DNA from: Antechinus flavipes
Lineage: Eukaryota
Direction of reading: 5' to 3'
Assembly: GCF_016432865.1 (NCBI RefSeq)
Contig: NC_067398.1
Span: forward strand, 370,388,001-370,452,000
Length of the DNA: 64,000 nt
Part shown: positions 9,493-22,245 of the stretch, piece after piece
How positions within the stretch are numbered: the stretch's first letter is position 1
How the letters are laid out: every line of letters begins with the position of its first letter
Notes under the pieces: generated by a model
Told to the model about the DNA's origin: nothing
The model's input: the letters and a program-made list of their open reading frames with translations, nothing else
Database searches by the model: none
Translations under genes and position numbers: made by a program

Positions 9493-12318
9493 CTGTTTTT
9501 ATGAAGAAATTATCTTTTAAAAAAAGTATTTTTTTCAATCATATAAAAAAACAATTTTAATATTCATTTTTGCTAACTGTATTTCTCTTCATCCTATTTT
9601 TCCCCATTATATGTTTTTTCTCTCTCCTTTAACTGTCTCCCTTACCAGTGTTTTGCTTCTATCTCTTCTCTTAATCTGTCATCTGTTCTATTAGTTCTCT
9701 CCCTTTTCATGTCCTTCTTTCTTTGTACTTCCCTATAAGGGAAGAGAGATTTCTATACCTAACTAAATGTACATGTTAGAACCAAATATGATGAGAGTAA
9801 GGTTCAAGGGATGTTCACCTATCTCTCTTTTTTCCCCCTCCACTTTAATAAGTCTTTTGCCCCTCTTCATGTGATATATTTTACTCCATTCTGCTTGTCC
9901 ATTCTCCCAGTGCAATCTTCTCACCCCTAAATTAAAAAAAAAAATATCACATGCAAGCCAGTTTATGCCCTCACTCTCTGTCTACATTAAAATAGAGATA
10001 AAACTTCTTAAAAGTTACAAATCTCACCTTCCCATGTAAGGATTTAAACAGTTTATGTTCAGCAAGATATTTTTATTTTGCCCCCCCCATTTACATTTTT
10101 ATGTTTCTCTTGTTTCTTGTATTTTAAAAATTGAATTTTTGTTTACCAAAAAGACAAAAGTATTTTAATCGGGAATGTTTGAAAGTTCCGCATTTCATAA
10201 TTTCCCCCTTCCCCCAAAAGATTATGCTCAGTTGTTCTAAGTAGTTGATTTTTGTGGCAAGCTCTGTTGCCTTTGTAATATCATATTCCAAGCCCTCTGA
10301 TTCTTTAATGTAGAAGTTGCTACATCCTGTGTAATCCTGATTGTGACTTCCTGATGGTTGATTTTTTTTTTTCCTTTCTGACTGCTTGCAGTGTTTTCTA
10401 CTTAAACTGAGGATTCTGGAATTTGTATATAATATTTCTGGGAGTTTTCATTTTGGGATCTCTAAGAAGGTGATTGGTATATTCTTTCAAGTACTATTTT
10501 ATTTTTTTTTGTAATAGGATATCAGGGCAGTTTTTCTTACTAATTTCTTAATAGACACTGTCCAGGTCCTTTTGTTCCTTTTTTAAATCATGACTTTTAA
10601 GTAATACAATAATTCTTGAATTATCTTTTCTGGGTCAGTTTTTTCAACACGAAATTTTATATTTTCTTTTCTTTTGTTATTACTTTGATTTTATTTTACT
10701 GATTGTTGATATCTAATAGCATCATTAACTTTCATTTGTACAATTGAAATTTTTAAAGAATTTTTTTTCAGTTAACTTATACTTCTTATTGCATTTGACT
10801 AATTCTACTTTTGAAAGGGTTGTTTGCTTTTTCAATTTTTAAGCCTCCTTTTCAAAGGAATGCTTTCTTCTCCTCCTTCCAATTCTCTTGCTTAATTCTT
10901 ATTTCTCATGTGCCAAAATGTTTGTAGCAGCCCTGTTTGTAGTGGCTAGAAACTGGAAAATGAATGGATGCCCATCAATTGGAGAATGGCTGGGTAAATT
11001 GTGGTATATGAATGTTATGGAATATTATTGTTCTGTAAGAAATGACCAGCAGGATGAATACAGAGAGGACTGGCGAGACTTACATGAACTGATGCTAAGT
11101 GAAATGAGCAGAACCAGGAGATCATTATACACTTTGACAACGATATTGTATGAGGACATATTTTGATGGAAGTGGATTTCTTTGACAAAGAGACCTGAGT
11201 TTCAATTGATAAATGACGGACAAAAGCAGCTACACCCAAAGAAAGAACACTGGGAAACGACTGTGAACTATCTGCATTTTTGTTTTTCTTCCCGGGTTAT
11301 TTATACCTTCTGAATCCAATTCTCCCTATGCAACAAGAGAACTGTTCGGTTCTGCAAACATATATTGTATCTAGGATATACTGCAACATATCCAACATAT
11401 AAAGGACTGCTTGCCATCTAGGGGAGGGGGTGGAGGGAGGGAGGGAAAAAAATCGGAACAGAAACGAGTGTCAATATAAAGTAATTATTAAATAAAAATT
11501 TAAAAAAAAAAGAAAAAAAATATTTCTTATTTCTCTTCCCAATTTTTCTTCTGCCTCTCTTATTTAATCTAAAAAATTTTTTGAGTCCTTCCAGAAGGAC
11601 TTTTTGGGCCAAAGAACATTTCTTATTTCTTTCTTTCTTTTTTTTTTTTGAAGCTTTACAGGCTATTGTTTTAATCTTGTTGAACTCTTCTGAGTTTATT
11701 TCAATCTTCTCTATCTTCACAGTTGCTTTTTATGGTCAGTCCTTTTTGTTGTTGTTGTTCATTTTCTGTCTTTTTAATTAATTTTAAAGTTGATTTCTGT
11801 TTCTAAGATATAGGAAGAGCTGTCCCAAGCTTCTTGCAAGGGCAGGAGGGGAGGGGAAAAGGGAGAATAAAGGGGCTGGGTACTGGGTTTTTGATAATGA
11901 ACTGAGTTGAGGCTGCCCAGCTTAGTTTAGCTGGCTGCACTAGGGGCCTGCAAGACTGTCAGGCCTGATAACTAGCCTATTGCATCAGAGCTGGAGGTCT
12001 CACAGGTGGTCCTTTGTGCTCCTGACCTTTTGATCCAGGACTACTGGCCCTTGGCTACTGATTTGTGCTGGGGGTAGAGGTCTCCTACTGGTTTGCCTAG
12101 ATACTGATTGAATTGGTTTCTTCTTTTATCAAAGTAAAACAGACCTTTCCTTTAATCTTTCTAAAAGTTATCTTTGGCTATAAAGTTATTTCACCCCATC
12201 CTTTGAATACTGTTGTTCCAGAATTCATTTTGAGGTGTGATTCAAAATTGTTTCAAGGAAAACTAGGGAGAGTTCAGAAAACTTTCTGTTTTTAATTCCA
12301 TCATTTTAGCCCCACTTC
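9493..12318 (-). mobile_element. HAL1-like (ORF1-only L1 derivative) element with 15-bp TSD, containing a nested young L1
   Basis: 5' end ...ccatcattttagccccacttc at about 12318; decayed ORF1 at about 10100-11800; ORF1 followed directly by 3'UTR with no ORF2; TSD atgaattatgattct (9478-9492) vs atgaattattattct (12319-12333). Confidence 0.75.
10908..11523 (+). mobile_element. young L1 3' end (5'-truncated) nested in the HAL1-like element
   Basis: ORF 10888..11166 CAKMFVAALFVVARNWKMNGCPSIGEWLGKLWYMNVMEYYCSVRND is the L1 ORF2 C-terminus; G-rich 3'UTR tract, AATAAA and A-tail about 11500-11520; TSD aattcttatttctc (10894-10907) vs atttcttatttctc (11522-11535); same subfamily as 35521-39588. Confidence 0.95.
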
Positions 12319-12570
12319 ATGAATTATTATTCTAAAGCAGGTGTGGAACTACCTAAAAAGGAAAAAAAATTAGCAGCAGTAAAAAATTCAAAATAACAGA
12401 TACCTTGAAATATTGGTTTTGATGAAAATCAGGTTGTAATGCATTTTTAAAAGTTGTATCAGTATACTTCTTTGAGGCTAGTATGTCTAGGGAATGAATC
12501 AATTCTACTTAGGATAATGACAGTTAAAAATAGGAAGCCATTATACTCTTTGAAAATCACAGAAACATGA
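12319..12570 (+). repeat. copy B (3' part) of the duplicated unit; its 5' part is at 9415-9492
   Basis: atgaattattattctaaagcagg...ctacctaaaaaggaaaaaaaattagcagc...aaatattggttttgatgaaaatcagg...gaaaatcacaga aligns to 7242-7480. Confidence 0.75.
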
Positions 12571-13399
12571 AAAACTTTCAATACTTTTTTGGGGAGAGGA
12601 AGTATAAGGGCATGTATTCATAACTGCAAGGGTCAGTATGGGATCTCCTAGTCACATTCTTTTCCCTAAATTGTATTATCTAAGTGGCTTTCAGGGCAAC
12701 TCAGGACTTAAACATGTGGAAGAATATTTCCATTCCATTAACATTTCATTTAATCTAGTTAAAGTCTCCACAGCATTTCTTCCTGCATATTTCTAGCCAT
12801 ATTGCCTCCACTAGAATTCAATTAGGCCATTATCTTTACTCTTTTCTTCCAGAAAAATGCATTTTCTATCCAGATCCTTCCTACGCTTTGATAGGTCCAC
12901 CAACTTTCCATTTTCCTTTTATGTGTTATCTTTGACCATCAAAACTATATAGTTTTTATATACATATATATGTATATACATACATACATACATACAAACA
13001 TATATATATATGTATATACATACACACACATATATTTATAAAACTATGCAGGGACTATCTTACTCGCTTTTCTTTACATCTCCCCTGCTTTCCACAGAAT
13101 CAGGTAAATAGTTCCATTCCTTTGTCTGTCTGTCTTTTTGTTTTTCTTTTTCTATGTCTCTGCCCCCCTATTTCTCTAACTCCAATTTTCTCATTTATCA
13201 CCTTAAACCTTTCTTTCTTTGTTTCTATATTAAATGACGTTTGTGAACTGCAAGCACCACTTGAGTCAAGAGTATAGCATAGCAACCCAAAAACCTAATA
13301 AGCTAATTAGATCTTATGCTGTGTTAAGAGAAACAATGTCTCTAAAAGGAGAATTCATATAATTTCATGGTAGCTGGCCCTAGTCTGATTATATGTACA

Positions 13400-13695
13400 A
13401 TATTGTTTTCAGGCTTCAGCCCCCAGTTTGAGAAAGAGACATAAAAGAGTTGAAGTATATCTAAAAGAGGATGATCAAGAGAAAAGTGGAGATCATGCTG
13501 TATATGAAAGAACAGGATATTTAGCCTAGATAAGAGAAGACTTGGAGGATGACAGAATAGCTGTCTTCTAGTATTTAAGTACCTGTCATGTGGAAAAAAG
13601 ATGATATTTGTTTTACTTTGCCCCAGAGGGAAGAATTAAGATCAGTGGGTGGAAGCTGTAGGAGAAAGGAATTAGTTTCATGTAAGGGTGAAACA

Positions 13696-13745
<50 letters not shown>

Positions 13746-13900
13746 ATTATGTACAATTAGAGTTGTACGAAAATGGAATGGACTGCTCCAGAAGTAGTGA
13801 GTTTCCTGCCCCTGTGAATTTTCAAATGGAACATCAATTGCTATTTTCCAGGGAAGTTAAAAAGAAATTCCCTTTCTGGTTCAGGTTGTATTAGTAAAAT
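13400..13900 (+). mobile_element. L3/CR1 3' end with an (AC)n insertion
   Basis: atttagcctagataagagaagacttggaggatgacagaatagctgtcttctagtattt...acaattagagttgtacgaaaatggaatggactgctccagaagtagtgagtttcctgcc. Confidence 0.75.
13693..13740. repeat. (AC)n microsatellite
   Basis: near-perfect AC run. Confidence 1.
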
Positions 13901-14329
13901 CCAAAGTATGACCAACTCAGAGATTTTATGATTCCAAGAAATGACCTACTCTAGATAGGATATAATATATATATATAATCTGTATTCACATAAACTCTGG
14001 GGGTGGAAGCTGCAGGAGAAAGGAATTAGTTTCATATAAGGGTGAAACACACAGTATTGTCTTTTGATTCTATCTCTAATACTTATCACTGTGCCTGGCA
14101 TAGAGTTAATAATAAACTTAATAAATGCATATTGAATAACTGGCAATTTTCTTAGCTCCTCTACATATTATAATAAAACAAGAACTTTACAGTAAAAAAG
14201 AGAATTTCAAAAAAAAAAATAAGGAATAGTCTTCCTATCCCCACCTGTCTATGAAAATTCTACCCATTGTTCAGTGACTAATATATCTCATTTCTTCCAT
14301 ATCTATTTTACTTTAAAATGATCTATAAT

Positions 14330-15960
14330 CTTTTCTGAAATTTTTTGAGTTGAGATTCAAAACAATGGTCAGAATTTAGATGTATACAGGGGATAAAGGG
14401 AGTATATTCAAGGCAATAGAGGAAAGTGTCTGAGCCATGAAATAGAGAAAAATGAGAAGACCAGTTTGATAGGAATGGTTGGTGGAAATCAGTCCATAAG
14501 CAATTGCTTATTGTATGCCAGAAATTGGGCAACATAGCTCCTAATCTAAGAATGAAAATACCAAAAATATCGTGCTAGTGTATAGAGTAGATTCAAGACT
14601 CTCTGAGAGAAGATATGGATGACACTGATAGTTTTGGAGGTCATCTGCAAAAGGCAGGACATGAGATGAATCTTAACAGAAGGCAGAGAAATCAAGATGT
14701 GGAGATAAGAGTACAGAACATCCCACAGATGGCACAGCAAGTGAAAAACATGAAGAGAGGAGATGGAGAAGTGTGCTTGAGGAACAACAAGTAGGGCAAT
14801 GAAACTGCACTTTGAAGTGCATAAAGGGAGTAAATTGTAAGAAAACTGAAAAGATGACGAGCCAGATAATAAATATTTTAATAAAAATGGGAATTTTATA
14901 TTTAATCTTAAATGTCATAGGAAGCAATTGGAACTTATTGAGCAGGTGGCTAGCATGATCAAAACTGTACTTTAGAAATATCATATTGGCAGCTGAGTGA
15001 AGAATAGATTGGAGCAGGGAGAGACATAAAGACAGGAAGAACAATTACAAGTCATTTCAATAAGTCAAATGAGAGATGATGAGGAACAGATCTAGTACTG
15101 TACCTATATGATTAGAAAGAAATCATGAAAGATGTATGACTGCAAAAATGACAAGATATGATAACAATAAGTCTTTTGGGATGAGTGAGAATAAAGGTGG
15201 GGCAGCTAGGTAGTATAGTAGATCCAGAGGCAGGAAGATTCATCTTCATCTGTCCAAATTCAGCCTCAGACATTTACTAGCTGGGTGACCCTGATCAAGT
15301 CACTTAATCTTGTTTGCCTCGGTTTCTCTTCTTTACTGAGAAGAAAATAGCAAACCATTCCAGTAATTTTGCCAAAAAAAAAACTTCAGATTTTGTCACA
15401 GAAAAGTGACAGAAATGACTGAATGGCAGCAGAGAATGGGGTGTCAAGGATGACACTGAAGTTATATGTCTGATTGACTGAAATGATTGTGATATTCTTA
15501 ACAGTAAAAGAAAACTTGGGAAGGGCAGAGTGTTTGGAATGAAAGATAGGGAGTTCTGCTTTAGAAATGTTGACTTTGAGAAGACTATGAAACATTCAGT
15601 TGGAGATAGCTAAGAGGCAGCTAATTAGTTGCTAGTTATATGACTGTAGCTCAGGAGAGAGACTTAGGGCTACATATATAGTTTTGGGACATATCTGATG
15701 ATTGAACCCATGCTATGACAAGGTCATTACCTAAGAGAATACAGATTGAAAAGAGCAAAGACACTTAGTAGGCACCTGTGATTAATAATCATAGCAGAGA
15801 AAACCTGAGAGAAGCAGTTAGATAGAGGAATCAGGTAAGACAAGCTTTATAAAAACCCAGTGGAAAAAGTATTCAGGAAAAAAAAATGTTATGGATGAAG
15901 TGTTCAGGAAGAATTAGTAAGATGTGAATAGAAAAAGTCAGGTCAGACCAGATCAAGAAC
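14330..15960 (-). mobile_element. L2 LINE fragments interrupted by MAR1
   Basis: purine-rich L2 antisense signature: gcatgatcaaaactgtactttagaaatatcatattggcagctgagtgaagaatagattggagcagggagaga...gagttctgctttagaaatgttgactttgag. Confidence 0.6.
15199..15383 (+). mobile_element. MAR1 SINE
   Basis: ggggcagctaggtag...gaggcaggaagattcatcttc...gtcacttaatcttgtttgcctcggtttc...gagaagaaaatagcaaaccattccagtaattttgccaaaaaa. Confidence 0.8.
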
Positions 15961-16199
15961 TGAATAGTATAGCTATAGGAAAATTGAATAGGAAAATATT
16001 TAGATTTGTGAATTCAGATTTGTCAGCTTCTAATTTTTGTTCATTTTAAAGGAAGGTAAACAGATGTCAAGTACCAGTATGACTTAAAGAAGACTTTATG
16101 TTTTATCTAATCAGAAGAATTGATAGAGTATTGATAAGAGAATAGTTGTGATGAGAAAGTGATATCTAATTACTTGAAAAATAAAAGACATTTTAATTT

Positions 16200-16900
16200 T
16201 TTAAAAAAATATTGATCTTTTGTATTTAAATCACCATTATTTCCAAATATATAAGTCTTTCTTTCCCCTTCTGCAGAGTCATTCTTTTTGACAAAAAAGG
16301 GAAGGGAAGGGATATTACATAAAAATTATACAAATTCAGTCTGATAGTATATTCAAAGTTCCACTGCCTTAGTTTTTCACCTCTTCAAAGAAAGGATATA
16401 GTTTCCCATCTCTTCAAAGTTAATGAATATTTTCATTTTTTGTTTTTGTCTTTTCATTATTGTAATCTATATGTACAAATACATATATCTTCATATACAA
16501 AGTACATATGTTTATCTTTATAGCCTTCCCATTCTTCTACTTATCATCATATTCATATTTTGCAGTGCAATGATATTATATTAATATATCACAATTTGTT
16601 TAATCATTCCCTAGAATAATAGATCTTTTCAACATTCTTTTTCCTACATTATCTTTTTTATTTTATTTTATATTCCTCTCTCTCCCTACCACTATTTTTG
16701 CCCTCCTCTCATTCCTAAAATTCTCTTTCATTATTTTCTTTTTTCTTGAATATTCTCTTTTTTCCACTCTCTCAATCCTATACTCTGGAACTTTGCAGTG
16801 CAACCCAATTCCCGAACTATGTAGTGTATTCACAAACACATCAGACATCCTCTTCCCTCTATTTTTACCATTTCCTGTCAATATTAAAAAAAAATAAGGA
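16200..16900 (-). mobile_element. old L1 3'UTR fragments
   Basis: ttttaaaaaaatattgatcttttg...ccttcccattcttctacttatcatcatattcatattttgcagtgcaatgatatt...tcacaatttgtttaatcattccc. Confidence 0.5.
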
Positions 16901-17139
16901 CTAAGCTTATGATTTTATTGGCAAAAGGAAGTCATAATAAAGACTCTCTGTAGATTTCTCCTCACTTGTCACATACCTTCAGCTATAAACCTCCTCTATA
17001 TATTGTCTTTTACCATTGGACTATAAAGATTGTATGTTTTGTTGGTGTTTTAATATTGTGCTTTAGCTTGTGCTTGCATGTCTAACCCTTAGCAAAGTAT
17101 CTGGCATGTCATACAATAAGCATTTACTATGTCAATCCC

Positions 17140-17310
17140 TCCCTCCTTTTCTCTTTCTCTCTGTATCTTTCTATCTATCTGTCTGTCTCTCTTTTTCTCT
17201 TTCACTGTCTCTGTGTCTCTTCTCTCTCTCCCTTCATCCCTCTCTGTCTGTCTCTCTCTTCTCCCTCTTGTACTCACTTTGTTCTCACTTATTCTTTCTC
17301 CCAATGTGAA
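17140..17310. repeat. (TC)/(TCTG)-rich low-complexity tract
   Basis: ctctctgtatctttctatctatctgtctgtctctc... Confidence 0.9.
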
Positions 17311-17725
17311 TGGACATCTGTCTTGCAGTTTATTGGCTTAGAGAGTATCCTGAAGCACTAAAAGCTTGGTTGACTTGCCTGAGCTCACACAGACAGTATA
17401 CATAGAAGGAGGGATCTGAATCCAAGTTCTCCTGACTCTCTTGGGCTGACTCTGTTACTCCTGTGAAATTCAATTTTGCAAATCATTTTTTTAGCAACTA
17501 ATGTACACCCAACATTGTGTTAAGACATTTTGGGTGGTATACGAAAACAAACAAACAAAAAATGAAACTAATGGCCAAGTGTTTCTGGTAAAGACAAGTT
17601 TTAGATACATGAAATATTTAGATGACTATTATAGTTCATTGACTAATATCATGTTTTATAGTTTTAAAAAAATGCTTTGTATGTAACATTCTTGAATTAG
17701 ATAATATCTTTTCTCTCTCTCTCTC

Positions 17726-17885
17726 TTTTTTTTTTTTTTTTTTTTTTTTGCTGAGGCAATTGGGATTAAGTAACTTGCCCAGAGTCACACAGATAAAAAG
17801 TGCTAAATGTCTGAGACCAGATTTGAATTCAGGTCCTTCTGACTTCAGGGCTGGTGCTCAATCCACTGTGTCACCTAGCTGCCCC
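17726..17885 (-). mobile_element. WSINE1 SINE
   Basis: T24 tail + gctgaggcaattgggattaagtaacttgcccagagtcacac...gacttcagggctggtgctcaatccactgtgtcacctagctgcccc. Confidence 0.9.
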
Positions 17886-18744
17886 TGGTGCCTATTCTTT
17901 AAGTAATGAAAGTAATATCCTTATTTGAAAATAAGGAAACAGATACAGAGAGATTAGAGAATTTGACACAATAGAAGGTTTTGTAGCACCTCTGATATTT
18001 ACTACTGGTATTATCCTGAATGAGGCATTTAATTTTCCTATATCTCAGTTTCCTTATCTAAATGAGGGAGTTTAATTAAATAATCTCTGATGTCTGGTTC
18101 ATTTCCAAAACTCCAACACTGTGATTTACCCAAAGTATTATAATTAGTTGACCTAGGTGCTACAATCAAATTCAGGTCTTCTGAAGGGAAATCTATTTTT
18201 TCTCCCTACTATCCATGAATTGTATGTATTATGTATGTCCATGTATACACATACAAACATGTATGTACATGAATATATACTTTTATATTATTAAAATTGT
18301 ATATTGGGGATAAATAGAACCTTTTAGTGGCTATGTCAACCCAGGATGAAATCGTATAAGAATAAAAAAAGACACGTCAATATGTTTTCCTACTCTTTGT
18401 TCTGAGTTATTCATTCCATTTATTTATTCAGTTTTTTTAAAATCTTTTATCCAGTCAGAATTTAGCAGGCATTGAGTGCAGGAGTCTATTTTAGTCACTT
18501 GGTCAGATTATCACCATCCTAAACAATTTTCTTTCAGAACACCCATATCTTTTGTACTTTCTTCAGTTCTCTAAATTCAACATTTCTTTGGTTAGTTCTA
18601 CTAAAATAGTTTTCTCAGTTTTAAAGTTTTATATTTCCAGAACCATTCCTGGGGCTAAATGAATTGAATCAATTACTTGAGACTTGCTCTGCATTTGTAA
18701 GAAGAGGAGGAGGCAAGTCAGGGAGATAGTAGGAAAGGCAGCCA

Positions 18745-18975
18745 TTGTTGCCTAGTGGTTAGAGACTAGCTTTGAAATTAAGAAGGATGGGTGAGGTTTA
18801 AGTCCCATCTCAGCCACATAGTGGCTTTGGGGCTCTAGGAAAATCACTTGATCTCTCAGTACTCTAGGCAGCTCTTAAGACTAAAAGTTCTAAAAATGTA
18901 CAAGTGTATATTATTAGAAGTTTTTTTTTCTTTTAATCTGGTAGTTCCCTATATTAAGGAAATCCCAAGTCCAGT
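18745..18975 (+). mobile_element. MamSINE1/WALLSI4-like tRNA-derived SINE
   Basis: tRNA-like head gcctagtggttagagac...; tail cagtactctaggcagctcttaagactaaaagtt...gtagttccctatattaaggaaatcccaagtcc (recalled consensus). Confidence 0.5.
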
Positions 18976-21900
18976 AGTATTCCTATGATGAGGCAAGGTC
19001 AGAGATTTAGCAAAGATAAAGATCTACAGTTATTAGTAAACAAACAAATAGTATGGACGTTTCTTTACAGTTTGTGCAACCATACCATCAAAAAAGTAAA
19101 ATAGGTAGGTCAATACTTTCCCCCTTTTATACTCTCTATTGCCCAACACTATATATTGCCTTTTCATCAATCCTTTTCCTATCCAAACCTGTCTTTGGTT
19201 TTCATTTTAATTTGATTTATGATTTTCATGGGTCCATGAGCCCACTGGAATAGTTTGCTTCCTCCATCCACACAAACTCTATTCTAGCCATGACTTTTTA
19301 TAAATCCTCTGTAAGCATTTTGGAAATCTTCCTCTGGTACTTTTGATATTTCTATATGACTAACTACTTGGGCAGTCCATCCATTTTCTCTAATTCTTTT
19401 CACATGATCGTCCCACCTTCTTTTCCAAGTCATTTTTATACTGTTTATTTATGTTACTTCTAACACAGTGAACGTAATGAACAAAAATGTTCACCAAACA
19501 TTTTTGTTAAGATACTATAGCCTATGAAAACCCTCATGCATTTTTCATTGTTTTTTAGTTAAATGACAATTTTGATTCTTCTGAGATATAATTGATTCTC
19601 CATGATTCATAGGCTTACTTTTCCATCAGGGGAACATAGGGGATAGCAAGATAGACTTTTTTGACAATGAATGGATTGTGCTATTTGAAAGCATTACACA
19701 TTTCCCCCAAAACAGTCTTCTCTTCCTACTCAGCTATGACTCTAACTCATCATCCATGTGTAACATCTATCCAAGAAATGCATATTGATGAACTGCATCA
19801 GTAATCTGACCATCTTGCTGTGGGTCACTAATCTGGGCAATTTGCATTTTTCAACCATTTTGTTTGTCCAGTGAGGAGAATAAGACAAATTTTGTTCATT
19901 TAAAAAAAAAAGCATATTGGAATTTCTCTTGGGTAGAAAGAAGGACCAGAGATATTTAAAGACTATTATGAGAAAGATCATTTTAGGAATACTTTTTTTT
20001 CTGTAGGTCTTTCCCAGTATTCCTAACATTTAGGGCCTTCCCTTATGAGATTATCTTAATTTACTCTTACATATTTTATATATACTTTACTGTTTACATT
20101 TTGTCTACCCCATTAGATTGTTACTTATTTTTTTTTCTTAGTAAAAAAGACTTTCCCCCCTTTGTTTGTATTTCCAATACTTAGAGCAGTTCCTTGTATA
20201 TAATAAGGATATAAGGAATGCTTATTAACTGGCTGGTAATGAGTGGAAGTACAAGCAGACAAATTCTGGCTCAATATTAGGGTTATTTTCTATCTGAGCA
20301 AAATTAGATTGCTTTAGCAATTGTTAATTTTGTATCACTAATGTGTTTAAACATATTTGGGGTGACTATCAATGAGGAATATCAATTTTTATCTTCAACT
20401 CATCTCTAACAGTTAAAATCCTCTACATTTTGAAAGACTCACAAGTTAGTTCTGCCATGAACACTTCATTGATTCCATTAATCAAACTTGTTTTTCATAT
20501 AGCTCTAAAATAATGCACTTTCAAAAATCTGATATCCAATTTATTGATATATCATTTATTTATTCATCTATCTATTTATCAATTTTAATGTTTATTTAAT
20601 CCCCTCTTTTACATGGTAAACTCTAGGAAAGTAGGTCAAGAATTTCTTCCAGTGCTTATCAAAGGACTTTAAATACAATAGACACTGAATACATGTTTAT
20701 TCAGTTAGCTAGACTCTTAATATATTTAAATTGAATTCTAGCATTGTTTAGGGGTAGTTAGATTTGATAATTAGTAAAGTTCCTTCAATGAATATTAAGA
20801 TATTATTAATATTTATCCTCTTTTCTCCCAAGCCTCCCCATTTTCATACTTCTCTGCAGGGATCACTGCCTTTTAGAGATCATTCACTTATTTTAACTGA
20901 TATACTTGAATTTAAAATAATGGAAAATTGAGGGCTTCTGAGCTTTGATATAATTTGTTGTGCATAATTTAGGGGAAAAATCAATAAAACACTATGTATT
21001 TTAGCATCCACTTGACCTGGAATAAAAGAAAAAAATTATGGGGAAAGTAACTCATCTCCTAAGTCAAAACTCCATGTAGGACATTTTGAGATGCTGTTTT
21101 TACCTAGCCACAGGAGGAATGTTGCAGAAAAAGGAGATTATGTAAGGAGAACTATTTTAAACACAGCGCAAAAGAGCTCAGAAATAACTAAGAAAGGGTC
21201 TACATCAAATAATTTGTTCACTTAACAAGCATTAATTTTGTATCTACTTGGTGGTAGGCACTATGCCAGGTGCTGGGAATCAAAAGAAAATAACAACAAA
21301 ATAAGAACCTGCTTTTAGCAGGTGATGTGATATCACAAAAAAAGTTCATTTGATTTAGAGACAGATCTGTCCTAGAGACTCAGCCATTTCTTAGTTTCTG
21401 TCATCTAGGACAAGCTACTAATATTCTCTGATATTAATAATTCTTCCTTATCAATAAACAGAACTGGAAAATCTTGAAGGAAATACCAAGTTATTCAGAG
21501 AATGTCTAGTATCTGGGTCTTTAGGGTTGTGAGAAGAATGTATCCAGAATTTTATTTGAGTTTTTTTCCCAATTATGTTTGGCATTGCATAGATACAGCC
21601 TGACTCTAGCTTTCATAGACTTGTGGGTTATATATATACCATTTGTTCAAATCCAACTTCAGCTTCGCTTCAGAGAATTTAATTTACCCCCAAAAACAAA
21701 ACTGAAGGAAGATGCTAAAGTGACATCATTCCCACCAACTCTTTTTTCAGAACTCAAAAAAAATGTATTGGCTTTTTGTCTCTTCTGACAGAATAAATTC
21801 AGCCAAGTTAGCCTCCAAAGAGGAAAAAAGAAAGAATGAAAAAAAAAAAAGATGTGGTCATTTATTCCTTAAATTAATCTACCATTCTTTCTAGGTCCTT

Positions 21901-21993
21901 TTCAACTCCATTTTGTGGGGAGTAGTCAAGGATTTATTCAAAATCATGCGATCCCTAAAATAATCATTATTCCCTATATTATGGGTAGTATTA

Positions 21994-22245
21994 NNNNNNN
22001 NNNNNNNNNNNNNNNNNNNNNNNNNNNNNNNNNNNNNNNNNNNNNNNNNNNNNNNNNNNNNNNNNNNNNNNNNNNNNNNNNNNNNNNNNNNNNNNNNNNN
22101 NNNNNNNNNNNNNNNNNNNNNNNNNNNNNNNNNNNNNNNNNNNNNNNNNNNNNNNNNNNNNNNNNNNNNNNNNNNNNNNNNNNNNNNNNNNNNNNNNNNN
22201 NNNNNNNNNNNNNNNNNNNNNNNNNNNNNNNNNNNNNNNNNNNNN
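21994..22245. other. assembly gap
   Basis: run of N. Confidence 1.

Noticed and set aside
11418-11450. G-quadruplex-like ggggagggggtggagggaggaggg (also about 35636-35665)
   Set aside because: Standard G-rich tract of the L1 3'UTR; explained by the element.
12941-12956. Perfect 16-bp palindrome aaaactatatagtttt
   Set aside because: AT-rich and next to a TA microsatellite; expected from slippage, with no sign of function.
13098-13103. Apparent 6-nt microexon (ccacag|AATCAG|gtaaat)
   Set aside because: The acceptor and exon lie in a decayed L2 3' tail (gcagggactatc...ccacagaatcagg); likely coincidental.
13688-13894. His-Thr repeat ORFs (also 43177..43422) and Ser-Leu repeat ORFs
   Set aside because: Translations of (AC)n and (CT)n microsatellites.
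21915-21993. AT-rich stretch with several in-frame TGA codons, a possible second NUMT
   Set aside because: Contains a TAG stop even in the mitochondrial code, and I cannot match it to any mitochondrial protein.
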